Positions 38,534 through 48,937 of a DNA stretch of 62,258 nucleotides are shown piece after piece. Made by a program: the position numbers and the translations under genes. How positions within the stretch are numbered: position 1 is the first letter of the stretch; each line of letters begins with the position of its first letter. The stretch is from the IMG/VR virus record IMGVR_UViG_3300043428_000132, positions 1-62,258 of that record; one strand, 5' to 3'. The notes below the pieces were generated by a model, which was not told the DNA's origin, searched no databases, and was given only the letters and a program-made list of their open reading frames with translations. This stretch comes from a virus. Lineage: Duplodnaviria > Caudoviricetes.

Positions 38534-40243
38534 CCCGAATCTATGACGACCACCTGCACATCATGGAAGTGCAGGGCGGCAGCTTCGTGAAGGCGCTTGC
38601 ACACCTGTTCTACATGGCAGACGGCAAAAACAAGCCGCGAGTTCGCGCCGCCTTCCCCGAGTATTTCGAAGAATACGAACGGCGGTACCAAGATCATGTT
38701 GCCAGCACTGCTCGACACCTGCCAGCCGACGACACGGAAGGCGGTGACCTGTGAAAGTGATCAAAGACGAGATGGCAACCTTGAAGCGCCATCGCCGGGT
38801 GACGGTCGAACTGCGCCCGCATGAGCAACTGATCGCGATCGATGATCGCCTGCACTACCAACTCGGCGATCCGATCAGTGATGTTGTTCCCGGACACATC
38901 GTCTCAAATGCGGTGGCAGTGTATTGGTGCCCTGTTGGGCAAGAATGGGTTGTTTCATGACGTTCAAGGTTCCAAACAAGTACCGGGTGCGCGAGGGCCG
39001 CATGGCGAGCGACGAATCCTTCGGCAACAACGGCGCATTCATCGTGTCCCTGCGGCACAAGCAGGATGTGTTCGTGATCGCAAGCGAAGGCCTCGGCTGG
39101 GAGCACGTGAGCGTGAGCCGCCGCGATCGATGCCCCACGTGGGAAGAGATGTGCCAGATCAAAGACCTGTTCTGGGACGCTGAAGACTGCGTGGTGCAGT
39201 TTCACCCGCCTGCGAGCGAGTACGTGAACAACCACCCGCGATGCCTGCACCTGTGGCGGCAGATCGGCTCTGAGTTCCCGCTGCCAAATAGCCTTCTGGT
39301 GGGCATCAAGGGCGCGATCGCCAGCATGAAGGAGGCAGCATGAACAAGTGGCCCGACGGCACCCCCAAGAGCACCGGCAACGCCTTTGACTGGCGTGATC
39401 GTGGCCCCAGCATCTTCTTGAAGCCGAACCTCGGCAACAAGATCGCAAACGGCATGGCGAAAGCTGCCGCTCAAGGTAAGGCCCCCGGCAATACCCAAGG
39501 CAAGGCGATCACCATCAAGCCCAAGAAGCAGTGAAGCACTACCCGACACCGGTCTTCAACGACGATATCGAGCGGGCCGAACAAGCTGCCAAGCAACGTG
39601 CAGAAGAGCGCGAGCGCAAACGCCAGCAAGTTCGAGCCGACTTCCCGATCGTGACGGCTGAGGCCGACTACTGGAACAACCTCTTTCCCGGCACGAAGAT
39701 CGTGTGGGCGATCGAGGGAGACAACGAGATCGGGCCTGTACCGCCCGAAGAGCGCGAGGCCTTCAAAGCCCGCCAACAAGCGCAGGAAACTGCGCCAGCG
39801 CCCGCAGAACGGGTGCAGCCATCGGCATATGAGCGTGCTCTTGCCGAGATGAACAAACTCAAAACAACCAAGCGCACCAAGCGCTGAAGGAGAAAATTAT
39901 GTGGCTTTGCCTTCCAGACGCCTTCCTCTCGATCGTTCACAAAGAATGCGCCGACGACGAACTGCTCGTTCGCGCCCGCCGACGGGGTGATATCGAGCGA
40001 GTGTTCCCTCACGCCAAGGTTGTGGTCAATCGCAACACCGACTACATGTTCCGCGCTCGAGTGAAGCGCACCGATGTGGCCGATGCCTTGATGACCCAAG
40101 CGGCAACAATCGATTACCCGAACTTCAAAAACGAAGTGGCCGACGATCACCTCCACAACGCCTATTCGGCAATCTGGAACGTGATGTACCGGCTTCAGAA
40201 CGCCTTGATCGGCGATCGACGCCAACGCCCCATGTTCTACTGA
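38530..40243 (+). other. Six small early genes: 38530-38754, 38751-38960, 38957-39343, 39340-39534, 39531-39887, 39899-40243
   Basis: Coupled ORFs; 38957-39343 has WEHVSVS...CPTWEEMC..K..FW...YVN.HP.CLHLW; 39899-40243 has LLVRAR..DY.FR..IDY.NFK. Confidence 0.65.
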
Positions 40244-40274
40244 GGCACATCAGCCCGCCACGGCGGGCACCAAG

Positions 40275-40308
40275 AAAGCAGGCTCACCCCATGAGCCTGC
40301 TTTTTTTT
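40275..40308. terminator. Terminator between convergent operons (likely bidirectional)
   Basis: AAAGCAGGCTCA-loop-TGAGCCTGCTTTTTTTT. Confidence 0.85.
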
Positions 40309-40312
40309 CGCC

Positions 40313-41776
40313 TCAGTCTTTCCCGGTGACCAGTGGCTCGAAGCGGCGAGCTTCGAAGTGGTAGCGAGTGAGGAACTCGCCCGGGATGCCGATCTCGTCG
40401 TGGTAGCGGCTCTTCGCCACCTTGATCAACGTGAGGTTGTCGCTCTCACGGTGAACCACCACCCCCAGATCGGCCTTGTTGTACCAGTGAGCCGAATCGG
40501 AAATGTCGTAGAGGGTGGGCACACGGTAGTTGCCCTTCTCGTCCTTCTGCGGCTTGGCAGGGTGGGCGACGATGATCAGGTGAACCATCAGCTTGCGAGC
40601 GAAGCGCTTGAGCGTCTTGATGGCGCGGCCCACGTACTCGGTGAGGCTCTCGCCTTGAGCCTTCGCGTGATCCATCTCGTTCCACGGGTCGATCACCACG
40701 ATCTTGCACCCGTGCTGAATCACGGCGGCTTCCATGCGATCGAGCACCCAATCGAGGCTCACATCGTCGTCTTCGCTGGGCACCATGAACGTGAAGTGCT
40801 GGTCGATCCAGCGATCAGCGGCCTTCAGTTCTTCCACGGTGCAATACTGGACGGGCCTGCCGCACTTCCATGTCCGAAGGTTGCGTTTGTGATCGCGCTG
40901 GGGCGACTGCTCGAACGAAGCGAAGGCCACGTTCAGGCCGTGGTTCTCGACCAAGCGGCAGCACACATCGTTTGCCAGCGAGGACTTGCCGTGCGAGGGG
41001 ATGCCCGTCCACACGGCCATGTCGCCCAGCCGCGCCTTGTAGTGATCGCGGAACACCGGCATCCCAACGTCGTAGATCGGGGCCTGCACCACGGGAGGCA
41101 ACTCGCTCATGCGGTAGATGCCATCCACCTTCATCCATGAGGCCCGCTCGAGCGTCTTCTTCACGCCCGCTTGCCCGTAGTGCTGAAGCACCTCGTTCAA
41201 GTCCTTCAGGCGGTTGATCCCGTCCGGGTGCATCGGGTAGGTGAGGAACTTGCAACGGTACTTGCCGAGCCGAATGCTCAAATCGTGAAGCAGGTTCGCC
41301 CCGGGTTCGTCGCCATCGACGGCGAGGATGATCTCGGGCACCCGGTCGACCGCAAAGAGGCCCTTGGCCCCATCGAGGAAGCTGTACTTCACCGAGTTCT
41401 CGTCCACGATGATCTCGGCAGGCGCACCGTCGGGCACGCTCACCGTGCGCGTGAACCCGCACTGGATGGCTGTGAGGGCATCGATCTCGCCCTCGGTGAT
41501 GATCAGAGGCTTGCCAAAGAGCGCCTCTTCGCGCAGAACATCCTCGTTCCACACGCACTTGATGCCGCCCTTGTCCTGCCAGAACTTCTTCTGTGCCCCG
41601 AGGGTGCGGAACTTGCGGTTGACCACCTTCCCTTCGCGGTAGAAGGGGATGACCAGCGCATCGCTACCAGAACCGCTTTGGAGGGCGTGCAGGCCCTTTT
41701 CCGAAGCCAGTACCCGGTCGATTCCCCGCTCTTCCAGTTTTGAAGCCAGCGCCTCCGTGAGTTGTGTTGTTTCCAT
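40313..41776 (-). CDS. TOPRIM primase + SF4 (DnaB/T7 gp4/Twinkle-like) helicase
   Basis: ITEGEIDALT, SVPDGA, DGDEPG, KDLNE; Walker A TGIPSHGKS; IDPWN; VAHP; SAHWYNKAD. Confidence 0.92.
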   Translation of the reverse strand: METTQLTEALASKLEERGIDRVLASEKGLHALQSGSGSDALVIPFYREGKVVNRKFRTLGAQKKFWQDKGGIKCVWNEDVLREEALFGKPLIITEGEIDALTAIQCGFTRTVSVPDGAPAEIIVDENSVKYSFLDGAKGLFAVDRVPEIILAVDGDEPGANLLHDLSIRLGKYRCKFLTYPMHPDGINRLKDLNEVLQHYGQAGVKKTLERASWMKVDGIYRMSELPPVVQAPIYDVGMPVFRDHYKARLGDMAVWTGIPSHGKSSLANDVCCRLVENHGLNVAFASFEQSPQRDHKRNLRTWKCGRPVQYCTVEELKAADRWIDQHFTFMVPSEDDDVSLDWVLDRMEAAVIQHGCKIVVIDPWNEMDHAKAQGESLTEYVGRAIKTLKRFARKLMVHLIIVAHPAKPQKDEKGNYRVPTLYDISDSAHWYNKADLGVVVHRESDNLTLIKVAKSRYHDEIGIPGEFLTRYHFEARRFEPLVTGKD

Positions 41777-42005
41777 TCCCAAATCCTCCATGCCAGCCGC
41801 AGTGCAAACAGTTCCAGACGGCCTCTCCTTGATCCAACATTCCCGATGTGATTTTCGTTGGCCCTACGGCCACACTCAGGCACTTTTTGCGTCGATTGAT
41901 GCCCTTGCGCGAGTCGCTGCACTGAGGGCATGTCGTGTAGTGGTTTCCCGGCGTCGTGGGCACATCGATGCCCTGATCGCGCAGCTTGGTGTCCACATCG
42001 GCCAT
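41664..42005 (-). CDS. Stand-alone primase zinc-binding domain
   Basis: CPQCS..RK...KCLSV...WNCLHCGWHG. Confidence 0.8.
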   Translation of the reverse strand: MADVDTKLRDQGIDVPTTPGNHYTTCPQCSDSRKGINRRKKCLSVAVGPTKITSGMLDQGEAVWNCLHCGWHGGFGNGNNTTHGGAGFKTGRAGNRPGTGFGKGPARPPKRFW

Positions 42006-42880
42006 CACCCACCCCCCGCAGCCATCGGCAGGTACGACGGGTTGTTCTCGAGCATGTAGCGCTCGGTCGCGGTGAGCGGCCTGCCGTTCCACGTGCCGGT
42101 CGCAAGCGCCTGTTGGCGTGGATCGGTGGGCGTGAGCGGCTGATCATCCCAGCGGCCTTGGTTCAGCCACGTGGTGGGGTGGGCGATGTACTGCGGGTCT
42201 TTGGTGGCGTTGGCGATGGCAAAGGCGTTCGCGGCCTGCGTGAGGCGATCGGCAGCATCGGGGGAGCCGATCAACTTCACGGCCCGCTCGAAGGCCTTGG
42301 CGGCGGCGAGCTTGCCTTCACGGCGTGGGTATGCGGCCCAGAAGAGTTCGAAGCCCTTCGGCAGCTTGGCCGTAGGTTTCGACACACGCTCCCCCTTGGG
42401 GGTAGGGGGTGTTTCAGGAATCAGTGAATCAGGAATCAGTGAATCAGGATTCAGGGTGTTAGGGACTGGTTTCTTAACAGTTAAACCACTGTTGGCAGAC
42501 TGTTGTTCACCTGTGATGTAACCGTTTTTGCCACGTTGGTGAACTGTGAGGCACCCGTTTGCATCAGGCAGTTCACTGTCGCGCTCTGTGCCATGAGGGG
42601 TTTGGTGCTTCGCGAAGTTCACCACTTGGATGATCGAAACACCTCCAACGGTGTACCGCTGGATGAAGCCGTGGGCTTCCAGTTCATCCAGCAACTCGAC
42701 CACATCGATGTTGTCGAAGGGCAGAAGTTCGAGCTTGATGCGCTTGGGCCGATCCTCGAGCCGCCCTTCACGGTCGGCGAGGCACCACAAGCCCACGAAG
42801 AGCAGCCGGGTGCTGGGCGACAACTCGGCCAACACCTCGTTCTTGAAGAACCCGGGTTTGATGTTGCGTGCCCGTGCCAT
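42005..42880 (-). CDS. Phage replication initiation protein
   Basis: MARARNIKPGFF..LW..ADREGR; C-terminal FW.AYPR..K..A and HPTTWLNQ.RW.D. Confidence 0.88.
   Translation of the reverse strand: MARARNIKPGFFKNEVLAELSPSTRLLFVGLWCLADREGRLEDRPKRIKLELLPFDNIDVVELLDELEAHGFIQRYTVGGVSIIQVVNFAKHQTPHGTERDSELPDANGCLTVHQRGKNGYITGEQQSANSGLTVKKPVPNTLNPDSLIPDSLIPETPPTPKGERVSKPTAKLPKGFELFWAAYPRREGKLAAAKAFERAVKLIGSPDAADRLTQAANAFAIANATKDPQYIAHPTTWLNQGRWDDQPLTPTDPRQQALATGTWNGRPLTATERYMLENNPSYLPMAAGGG
42414..42590. repeat. Putative replication origin with iteron-like repeats inside the initiator gene
   Basis: TCAGGAATCAGTGAA x2 plus a partial third copy; AT-rich TTAACAGTTAA; several ACTGT motifs. Confidence 0.5.
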
Positions 42881-42960
42881 CAGACGGCCCCCCTTGGGCG
42901 GCGTCGGCGCGAGCAAAGCCTGTGCGAACTGGCCCGATAGGCCAGCGGATGTGATTGCAT
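42880..42960 (-). CDS. 26-aa leader peptide coupled to the initiator gene
   Basis: GGAGGTT RBS, ATG 42960, TGATG overlap with initiator start. Confidence 0.5.
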   Translation of the reverse strand: MQSHPLAYRASSHRLCSRRRRPRGAV

Positions 42961-42988
42961 GGCAACCTCCAAAGCCTCCACAAAAGGA

Positions 42989-43053
42989 TTCGCAGGGCAG
43001 GCGGGAGGTTCGCTCTTCAGCCCGGGGAGCTACCCCGGGCCTAGCCCTGCGAA
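42989..43053 (-). ncRNA. c4/CI-like structured antisense RNA
   Basis: Perfect 10-bp closing stem, 8-bp inner hairpin, second loop AACCUCC complementary to RBS at 42964-42970. Confidence 0.55.
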
Positions 43054-43235
43054 AGACGCACTTGCTGCATTGGACGCAACAAGCAGTTACCGTTTCGGGT
43101 GATGCTCACGTATCATGCTTGCGATACTTTGGTGCATCGGCAATGAGGTGATGTTGAGCACACCCGAGGGGCCGACTGTATCACCGGAATGAGAATCCCG
43201 ACCACTTTGTGCGACCAAAAGTGGTGTTCTTTGCG

Positions 43236-43586
43236 TCAGAAAACCTCGTTCAGTTCTATGCCGTGGATAGCCAGCATCAGCTTCTTCTTGAGCCGATACA
43301 CATCGGTGATGGTGGGTTTGCTCTTCACATCCTCCACGACGATCTCACCGGAAGCGACACGCCGGTAACGGAAGTCCGCAACGTAGGTCGCCAGCTTCAC
43401 ACCGTTCAGCGTGAGCGGGTAGCGCGGCTGGCACTCCAACTCCACGATCTCACCGATCCGCTGAAGCAGCTTCAGTTCGGCGTACCGGGAGGCTTCGCGC
43501 TTGCTCGCGAACGTGATGCCATCGATCTCGGTGCGACGGTTGTGGAACTTCGATGATGACGATTTCTGGAATGAGATGGCTGGCAT
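43236..43586 (-). CDS. DUF1064-like endonuclease
   Basis: KFHNRRTEIDGITFASKREA, YVADFRY and VEDVKS motifs. Confidence 0.88.
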   Translation of the reverse strand: MPAISFQKSSSSKFHNRRTEIDGITFASKREASRYAELKLLQRIGEIVELECQPRYPLTLNGVKLATYVADFRYRRVASGEIVVEDVKSKPTITDVYRLKKKLMLAIHGIELNEVF

Positions 43587-43663
43587 AGGCGATGTGAGTT
43601 GATCCCAGATCAAGACGATCTGTTGCGCTGCATTCTCACTGATTTGATAAGGGGCAAGAATCG

Positions 43664-44284
43664 ATGGCAACCTCCAAAGACACGGCCAAGGTTGTGGCCC
43701 TTAAGCGGTTCATGGAAACGCAAGGGCTAAAGCCTCACCCGTGGGCGCAAGCCGCTGGCCTTCGCAGCAGCACGCTTTACAACTTCCTCTCTGGAAAGTC
43801 TCTGAGCCTCTCTGGCGATACCCTCGAGCGTTTGGCGAAGGCCGCTGGCAGTACGGTGGACGAGATTCTCTCGGGAGAGAAGACCAACAACATCAAGCGT
43901 GGAAGCCCCGTTTCCGTGCCGTACACGGTCGGGGTGTACGGGAGGCTTTTTGAGATGGATCGTCCTTTGCAGGTGCAACGGCCCGCAGGAGTGCCCGATG
44001 AAGTCGAAGTTCTCGCGGCTCGCATTGACGGCGATGGCCTTCACCCGGTACCGGGTGGCTGGCTTGTGTACTTTGAGGCCCTGCCTCGAGATGCCGAGAC
44101 TTTGATCGGCAAGCTGTGCGTGGTTCAGGTGGCAGGAGGCCAGCGCCTGATCCGCGAGATTCGCAAGGGCCAGAACCCCGGCCTCTACACGCTGCTTTCG
44201 TGGTCGGCAAGCCCAATGGAGAACGCGCAGGTGCAAGCGGCGCACTTGGTGATATCGATCGCGCAGATCACCATTCCAGTGTGA
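43664..44284 (+). CDS. CI-like repressor (HTH + degenerate S24 domain)
   Basis: N-terminal XRE HTH; C-terminal GDGLHP where GDSMxP is expected. Confidence 0.75.
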   Translation: MATSKDTAKVVALKRFMETQGLKPHPWAQAAGLRSSTLYNFLSGKSLSLSGDTLERLAKAAGSTVDEILSGEKTNNIKRGSPVSVPYTVGVYGRLFEMDRPLQVQRPAGVPDEVEVLAARIDGDGLHPVPGGWLVYFEALPRDAETLIGKLCVVQVAGGQRLIREIRKGQNPGLYTLLSWSASPMENAQVQAAHLVISIAQITIPV

Positions 44285-44310
44285 GGAAGTGAGAATTTAG
44301 ACGGAGAAAG

Positions 44311-44395
44311 TATCACCGAAAGGATAAAAACAGCTTGTAGGGTATCACCGCGATGATATAGTTCTTCCTGTCAACAATGACATGGAGAAAACGCA
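44311..44395 (+). promoter_or_regulatory. Early promoter with two operator-like palindromes and GGAGAAAACGCA RBS
   Basis: TATCACCGAAAGGATA 44311, TTGTAG-N16-TATAGT, TATCACCGCGATGATA 44343, RBS 44384. Confidence 0.7.
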
Positions 44396-44397
44396 TC

Positions 44398-45402
44398 GTG
44401 GCAAGCATCCCAATCCAAAACGAGGCCGAATGGCACTCGGTTCGTGAGCGATTCATCGGCGGCTCGGAAGTCGCCGCGCTCTTCTACCGCTGGCAACTGC
44501 CGGATGGCTCAGAGGTCATCAGGCACATGTACGACGCCCCGCCCGGGGCGATGGTGATCGAGTGCCTCAGCCCGTATTCCACGGGCATGGCGCTCTACAA
44601 CGCCAAGGCTGGCATCGTGATGCCCGAGGATTTCGCCTCGGAACGCATCGACGCTGGCACCTTCCTCGAGCCTGCGCTCGCCCAATGGGCCACCAAGAAG
44701 TGGGCCATGAAGCTGCGGAAGGTGCGCCGGTACACGGCACACGAAGAAGTCGATGGCTGGGGCGCGAGCCTCGACTATGAAGTTCACGGCGACGGCGAAT
44801 CCGGCACGCCCGTGGAGTTCAAGAACGTCGACTGGCTGATCTTTCAGCGCGAATGGGTGGGCGAGGGCGAAGAGATCATCACGCCGCCGATCCACATCAA
44901 CATCCAACTGCAACACCAGATCGGGGCCGTCGAGGCCGACCACGGCTGGATCGTGGCGTGCGTTGGTGGCAACGAACTCAAACGCGGTCGCATCGAGCGC
45001 CACGAACCCACGCAGGAGAAGATCGCCGAGGCCATCGAGGCCTTCTGGGCGAACGTGCGTGCCGGTATCCCCCCGGTGGCCGTGGCCGACTACACCGCCG
45101 TGGCGAAGGCCTATGCCGAGGGCGACAAGGCCCTTGTGGCCGATCTCACCCACATGGATGCCCTGCCGGTGCTGATCTCGCGCTACCTGCGCTGGAAGAA
45201 GCACTTCGAGCGGCTCGAGACGAACCTCGAAACCATGAAGGGCCAGATCGCGCTCTCGATGGGCGAGGCCAGCAAGGGCAACGCCGTGGGCTACCGCCTC
45301 TCTTGGCCGGTGATCAACCGCGCAGAGAAGGAAATCCCGGCCCGCATTCAGAAGGCGCTCACCTATCGCGGCGCATTGACCATCACACGGGAGAAGGCAT
45401 GA
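44398..45402 (+). CDS. YqaJ-like recombination exonuclease
   Basis: W...R..FIGGSE, G..LEP, ASLD, EFKN and QLQHQ motifs; GTG start after conserved RBS. Confidence 0.88.
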   Translation: MASIPIQNEAEWHSVRERFIGGSEVAALFYRWQLPDGSEVIRHMYDAPPGAMVIECLSPYSTGMALYNAKAGIVMPEDFASERIDAGTFLEPALAQWATKKWAMKLRKVRRYTAHEEVDGWGASLDYEVHGDGESGTPVEFKNVDWLIFQREWVGEGEEIITPPIHINIQLQHQIGAVEADHGWIVACVGGNELKRGRIERHEPTQEKIAEAIEAFWANVRAGIPPVAVADYTAVAKAYAEGDKALVADLTHMDALPVLISRYLRWKKHFERLETNLETMKGQIALSMGEASKGNAVGYRLSWPVINRAEKEIPARIQKALTYRGALTITREKA

Positions 45403-46241
45403 CCGAGGCAGCAACCACCACCGCAGAAGACACCATCGTTCAAACCGGATTCGCCGCGCAGGAAACCACCATGCCGCTCGCTCCCGTTGCTGAAGCCCCC
45501 AAGAAAGCCGCCCTCACCACGGGTGGCTTCGCCAAGGCCATCGTGCCGCAGAACATCGAAGAGGCCTTCCGTCTCGCCAAGGTGATCGCGATGGCGAAGT
45601 GGGCACCGAAGTCGTACCAGATCGACCCCAAGAACGCCAACGCCGGGTTCGATGAGAACAAGATTCTGCTCGGCATCATGCACGGCCTCGAGGTGGGCCT
45701 CACCCCGATCGCGGCCCTGCAATCGATCGCCGTGATCAACGGCACGCCCTCGATCTGGGGCGACGGTGCGCTCGCGATCGTGCAGGCCTCGGGGATGCTC
45801 GAGGACTTCAAGGAACTGCCGCTGTTCGATGACAAGCAGCGAATCACCGGGTACCAGTGCGCGGCCAAGCGCCGTGGCGTGCCCACGCCCTTCGTCTCGC
45901 AGTTCACGCTTGACGATGCCGCCAAGGCCGACTTGCTCGGCAAGAGCGGCCCGTGGCAGCAGTACCGAACCCGAATGCTTCAGATGCGTGCCCGTGCGTG
46001 GACGCTGCGAGCCGGGTTCGCCGACGTTTTGCGCGGCCTCAGCATTGCCGAGGAAGCGCAAGACACCCCCGTGGAGGCAGCACCGGCCAACAAGGTGTCG
46101 CCGCTGAAGCGAGCGCCCAGCGCCCGCTCGGCTCTCGATGCGTTCGCCACCGATGCGCCTCCCGCAACCCCCGACGCGAAAGCCGAAGGAACCACCGCAG
46201 GAGAAACCACCGATGGCAACCAAGCCTCAGCCCAAGGGTGA
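45399..46241 (+). CDS. RecT-like single-strand annealing protein
   Basis: G.EVGL.P..ALQSIAVING.PSIWGD; A..A.L.GK.GPW..Y..RML.MRAR. Confidence 0.85.
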   Translation: MTEAATTTAEDTIVQTGFAAQETTMPLAPVAEAPKKAALTTGGFAKAIVPQNIEEAFRLAKVIAMAKWAPKSYQIDPKNANAGFDENKILLGIMHGLEVGLTPIAALQSIAVINGTPSIWGDGALAIVQASGMLEDFKELPLFDDKQRITGYQCAAKRRGVPTPFVSQFTLDDAAKADLLGKSGPWQQYRTRMLQMRARAWTLRAGFADVLRGLSIAEEAQDTPVEAAPANKVSPLKRAPSARSALDAFATDAPPATPDAKAEGTTAGETTDGNQASAQG

Positions 46242-46464
46242 AGTGGAGATGGCGCTCGGCGAGCAATTTCGCGCCGTGCGTCGTCGTCAGAAAGTATGGC
46301 TGCGCGATCTGGCTGCAAAGCTGGAGTGCTCGGTCAACACCGTCCGATGGCATGAAGCGGGTGCGCGAATGATGCGTGCCGACATGATCATCAAATCAGC
46401 CGAGTTCATGGGCGTATCAGCCGATGAACTCATGCAAATCAGGAGTGAACCAAATGGCAGTTAA
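46213..46464 (+). CDS. XRE-family HTH regulator
   Basis: LGEQFRAVRR...LAAKLECSVNTVRWHEAG. Confidence 0.8.
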   Translation: MATKPQPKGEVEMALGEQFRAVRRRQKVWLRDLAAKLECSVNTVRWHEAGARMMRADMIIKSAEFMGVSADELMQIRSEPNGS

Positions 46465-46792
46465 GAAAACCCACGATCTCGCCGTGAAGACCGGCTCTTA
46501 CGTTGACCGCGATGGCAACTCGAAGGGCCGCTACGTGAACATCGGCAACGTCTGGGAGAAGGACGACGGCTCCACGTTCATCACGATCCTTCGCACGTTC
46601 AACCCGGCTGGCGTGCCCAACCCGGAGAACAAGGATTCGATCGTGATCTCGCGCTTTGAAATCCGCGACAAGAACTCCCAGCAAGGCAACGCCCCTCAAG
46701 GGCAGGCCGCACCTCAGCGCCAGCCACGCCCACAAGCGGCGGCACCGGCAGGCGGCGGCTTCGATGACATGGACGACGACATTCCGTTCTGA
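46454..46792 (+). CDS. Single-stranded DNA-binding protein
   Basis: Acidic DDMDDDIPF C-terminal tail; in recombination operon. Confidence 0.8.
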   Translation: MAVKKTHDLAVKTGSYVDRDGNSKGRYVNIGNVWEKDDGSTFITILRTFNPAGVPNPENKDSIVISRFEIRDKNSQQGNAPQGQAAPQRQPRPQAAAPAGGGFDDMDDDIPF

Positions 46793-46800
46793 GCATTGCC

Positions 46801-48665
46801 ATGCAGCCCGAAACCTCGAAGCCGTTCTTCGGCACGCTCTGGAACAAGCTGGCACGCCGGGGCGACCCGGACACCAGCCACGAAGCCGCTCAGGCGGTGG
46901 ACACCTCCAAGCTGGAATCGCTCGTCTACGAAGCGATCCGCAGCTTCGGCGATCAAGGCTGCATCAGCGACGACGTTCGAGCGCTGTTCCCCAACTTGCC
47001 GTACTCGAGCGTCACCGCTCGGTACAAGGCCCTGATCGACAAGGGCTACATCGAAGACACCGGCACTCGCCGTGAGGGCCATTCAGGCCGCTCTCAGCGC
47101 GTGCTTCGTGCAACCAAAGAAACCACCACCAAGGAGATGCAATGACCGAAGAGAACACCCAAGAGTTGGCGCAAGCCGCCGCTGAAGCCACCGCTGAAGC
47201 CACCCCTGAAGCCACCCTTCAAGCCACCGTCGACGCCACCCCTCAAGCCGGGGTTCAAGCCACGGCTGAAGCCACCCTTGAGCCAGCCTCTGAAGCTACC
47301 CCGGAGCCTACCCCGGAGGTCGCCACCGAAGCCCCCGCTGAAGCGCAGGAAGTGGAGTTGCGAACCGATGCGAACACCGCAGAGGGCGTTTCCGCAATGT
47401 CCCCTGAAGTGACCACCGCCGTGCTGCACGCCGCTGTGATCGGGCTGGAAATCGGCGTCGATGCGTTGGCCGAAGCGCAAGCCGAGGTCAACAAGCTGCG
47501 GGCCGCGCTCGAGAACTGCCGCCTGTATGCCGCCCGTCACGCACGCCGCGAAGAATGGGCACGCACGATTGGTCGCTTCTGCGAAGAGGCTGGCGTCACA
47601 GGCTCACCCCTGCGGGGCTGAAGTGAGCGGCGAAGCGTCTCGCACTGAGTTCGAACGGCGCACGGGCGGCTTCATCGCTCCCGTGGCCGAGATGGTCTAC
47701 GGCGGCAATGGGCAATGCGTTGCCACGTTCCCGCACGGTGGCCTCACGGTGCTCGATCAGTTTGCCATCTCTTTGATGGACGGCCTGATCAGCGGCGCAA
47801 CCATCATCGATTGGGATCGAGTGGCCGAAGAAGCCTATCTGGGCGCATCGGCGATGCTCGAGCGCAAGCGAATCATCGAAGGGACGTAATGCCGATTCGC
47901 CGCGAGGACACCAGCCACATGCGTTTGCTCATGGCCGCACTGAACTCTGGACAAGAGATCGATGTGTTTATCGCGGCATCGGTGGCCTTCCTCTCGGAGA
48001 AAGAAGCGCGTCGCTACCTGTACTACCTGCACGGCAAAAAAATGATCCACATCGACCATTGGAACCGGGGCAAGAACGGCCCGTACTTCCCTGTGTTCGT
48101 GATCGGTGAGGGCGAGGATGCCCCGCGACCACGCATGAGCAATGCGGAAAAAGCACGCCGCTCACGCGATCGCAATCGGGTGCCAAAGCCCGACGCGCTG
48201 TTGCGAGCATTCATGAGAAAGACACCACCCGATGGCCGCGCTCACTGATCGCTGCACTCGGTGCAATCGAAAGATCACTAACCCTGAAAGTGTGATCAAC
48301 GGCATGGGGCCGGTCTGCTTCACAAAGCACATCGGCTCGGCCCAACGATCGCTCTTTGATGACGAGGAAGAGGCCAGCAAGCCTTTCCAAGAACTGCCCG
48401 GGGCCATCCCCGATCAGATCGCCACGTTGGTGGGCCTGCTCAAGGAAGCGCGAGCAAAACTCACCGATGCACGCCTATGCAAGCGCATCGACAAATTCTT
48501 TAGGACGGACAAATGAAAGACCTGTTCACCCTGCTCACGGGCTTCGTGGGTGGCTCGATCGCCGTTGTACTGATTCTGGTTGTCTACATCGGCATCGTCG
48601 CCACGTTCGGCTTTGCGCTTGGCCTCGGCTGGCAAGCCGCAATCCAACTTTGGAGCACCACATGA
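46801..48665 (+). other. Small early genes: 46801-47145 (winged-HTH-like), 47142-47621, 47623-47889, 47889-48248, 48232-48516 (Cys motif), 48513-48665 (TM)
   Basis: Coupled ORFs; ARR.DP.TS..AA motif in the first; C.RC.R.I...S...G.GP.C in the fifth. Confidence 0.6.
47172..47345 (+). repeat. Degenerate 12-bp tandem repeat encoding (A-T-x-E/Q)n
   Basis: Repeated GCCACC(G/C)CTGAA units. Confidence 0.7.
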
Positions 48666-48922
48666 ACCAAGTCACCAAAGAATCCATCACCGCCAAGATC
48701 ACCAAGGTGGCCTACCACCAGTTTCGCGGCACCACGCTCACCGTCTGCGTTATCACCGTGGAGAACGGCTTCACCGTGACCGGCGAATCAGCCTGCGTTG
48801 ACCCGGCCAACTTCAACCAAGAGATCGGCGAGTCGATCGCCTACGACAACGCTTTCGAGAAGCTGTGGGCGCTCGAGGGATACCTGCTGAAGCAGCGAAT
48901 CCACGTACAAAAAAGTTTCTAA
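48662..48922 (+). CDS. Gp49-family phage protein
   Basis: LTVCV...NGFTVTGESAC.DP.NF..EIG...A..NA..KLW.LEGY. Confidence 0.85.
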   Translation: MNQVTKESITAKITKVAYHQFRGTTLTVCVITVENGFTVTGESACVDPANFNQEIGESIAYDNAFEKLWALEGYLLKQRIHVQKSF

Positions 48923-48937
48923 CCAAAGGAGAAAACC

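Noticed and set aside
47172-47345. 12-bp repeat as regulatory array
   Set aside because: Degenerate coding repeat in a disordered acidic linker
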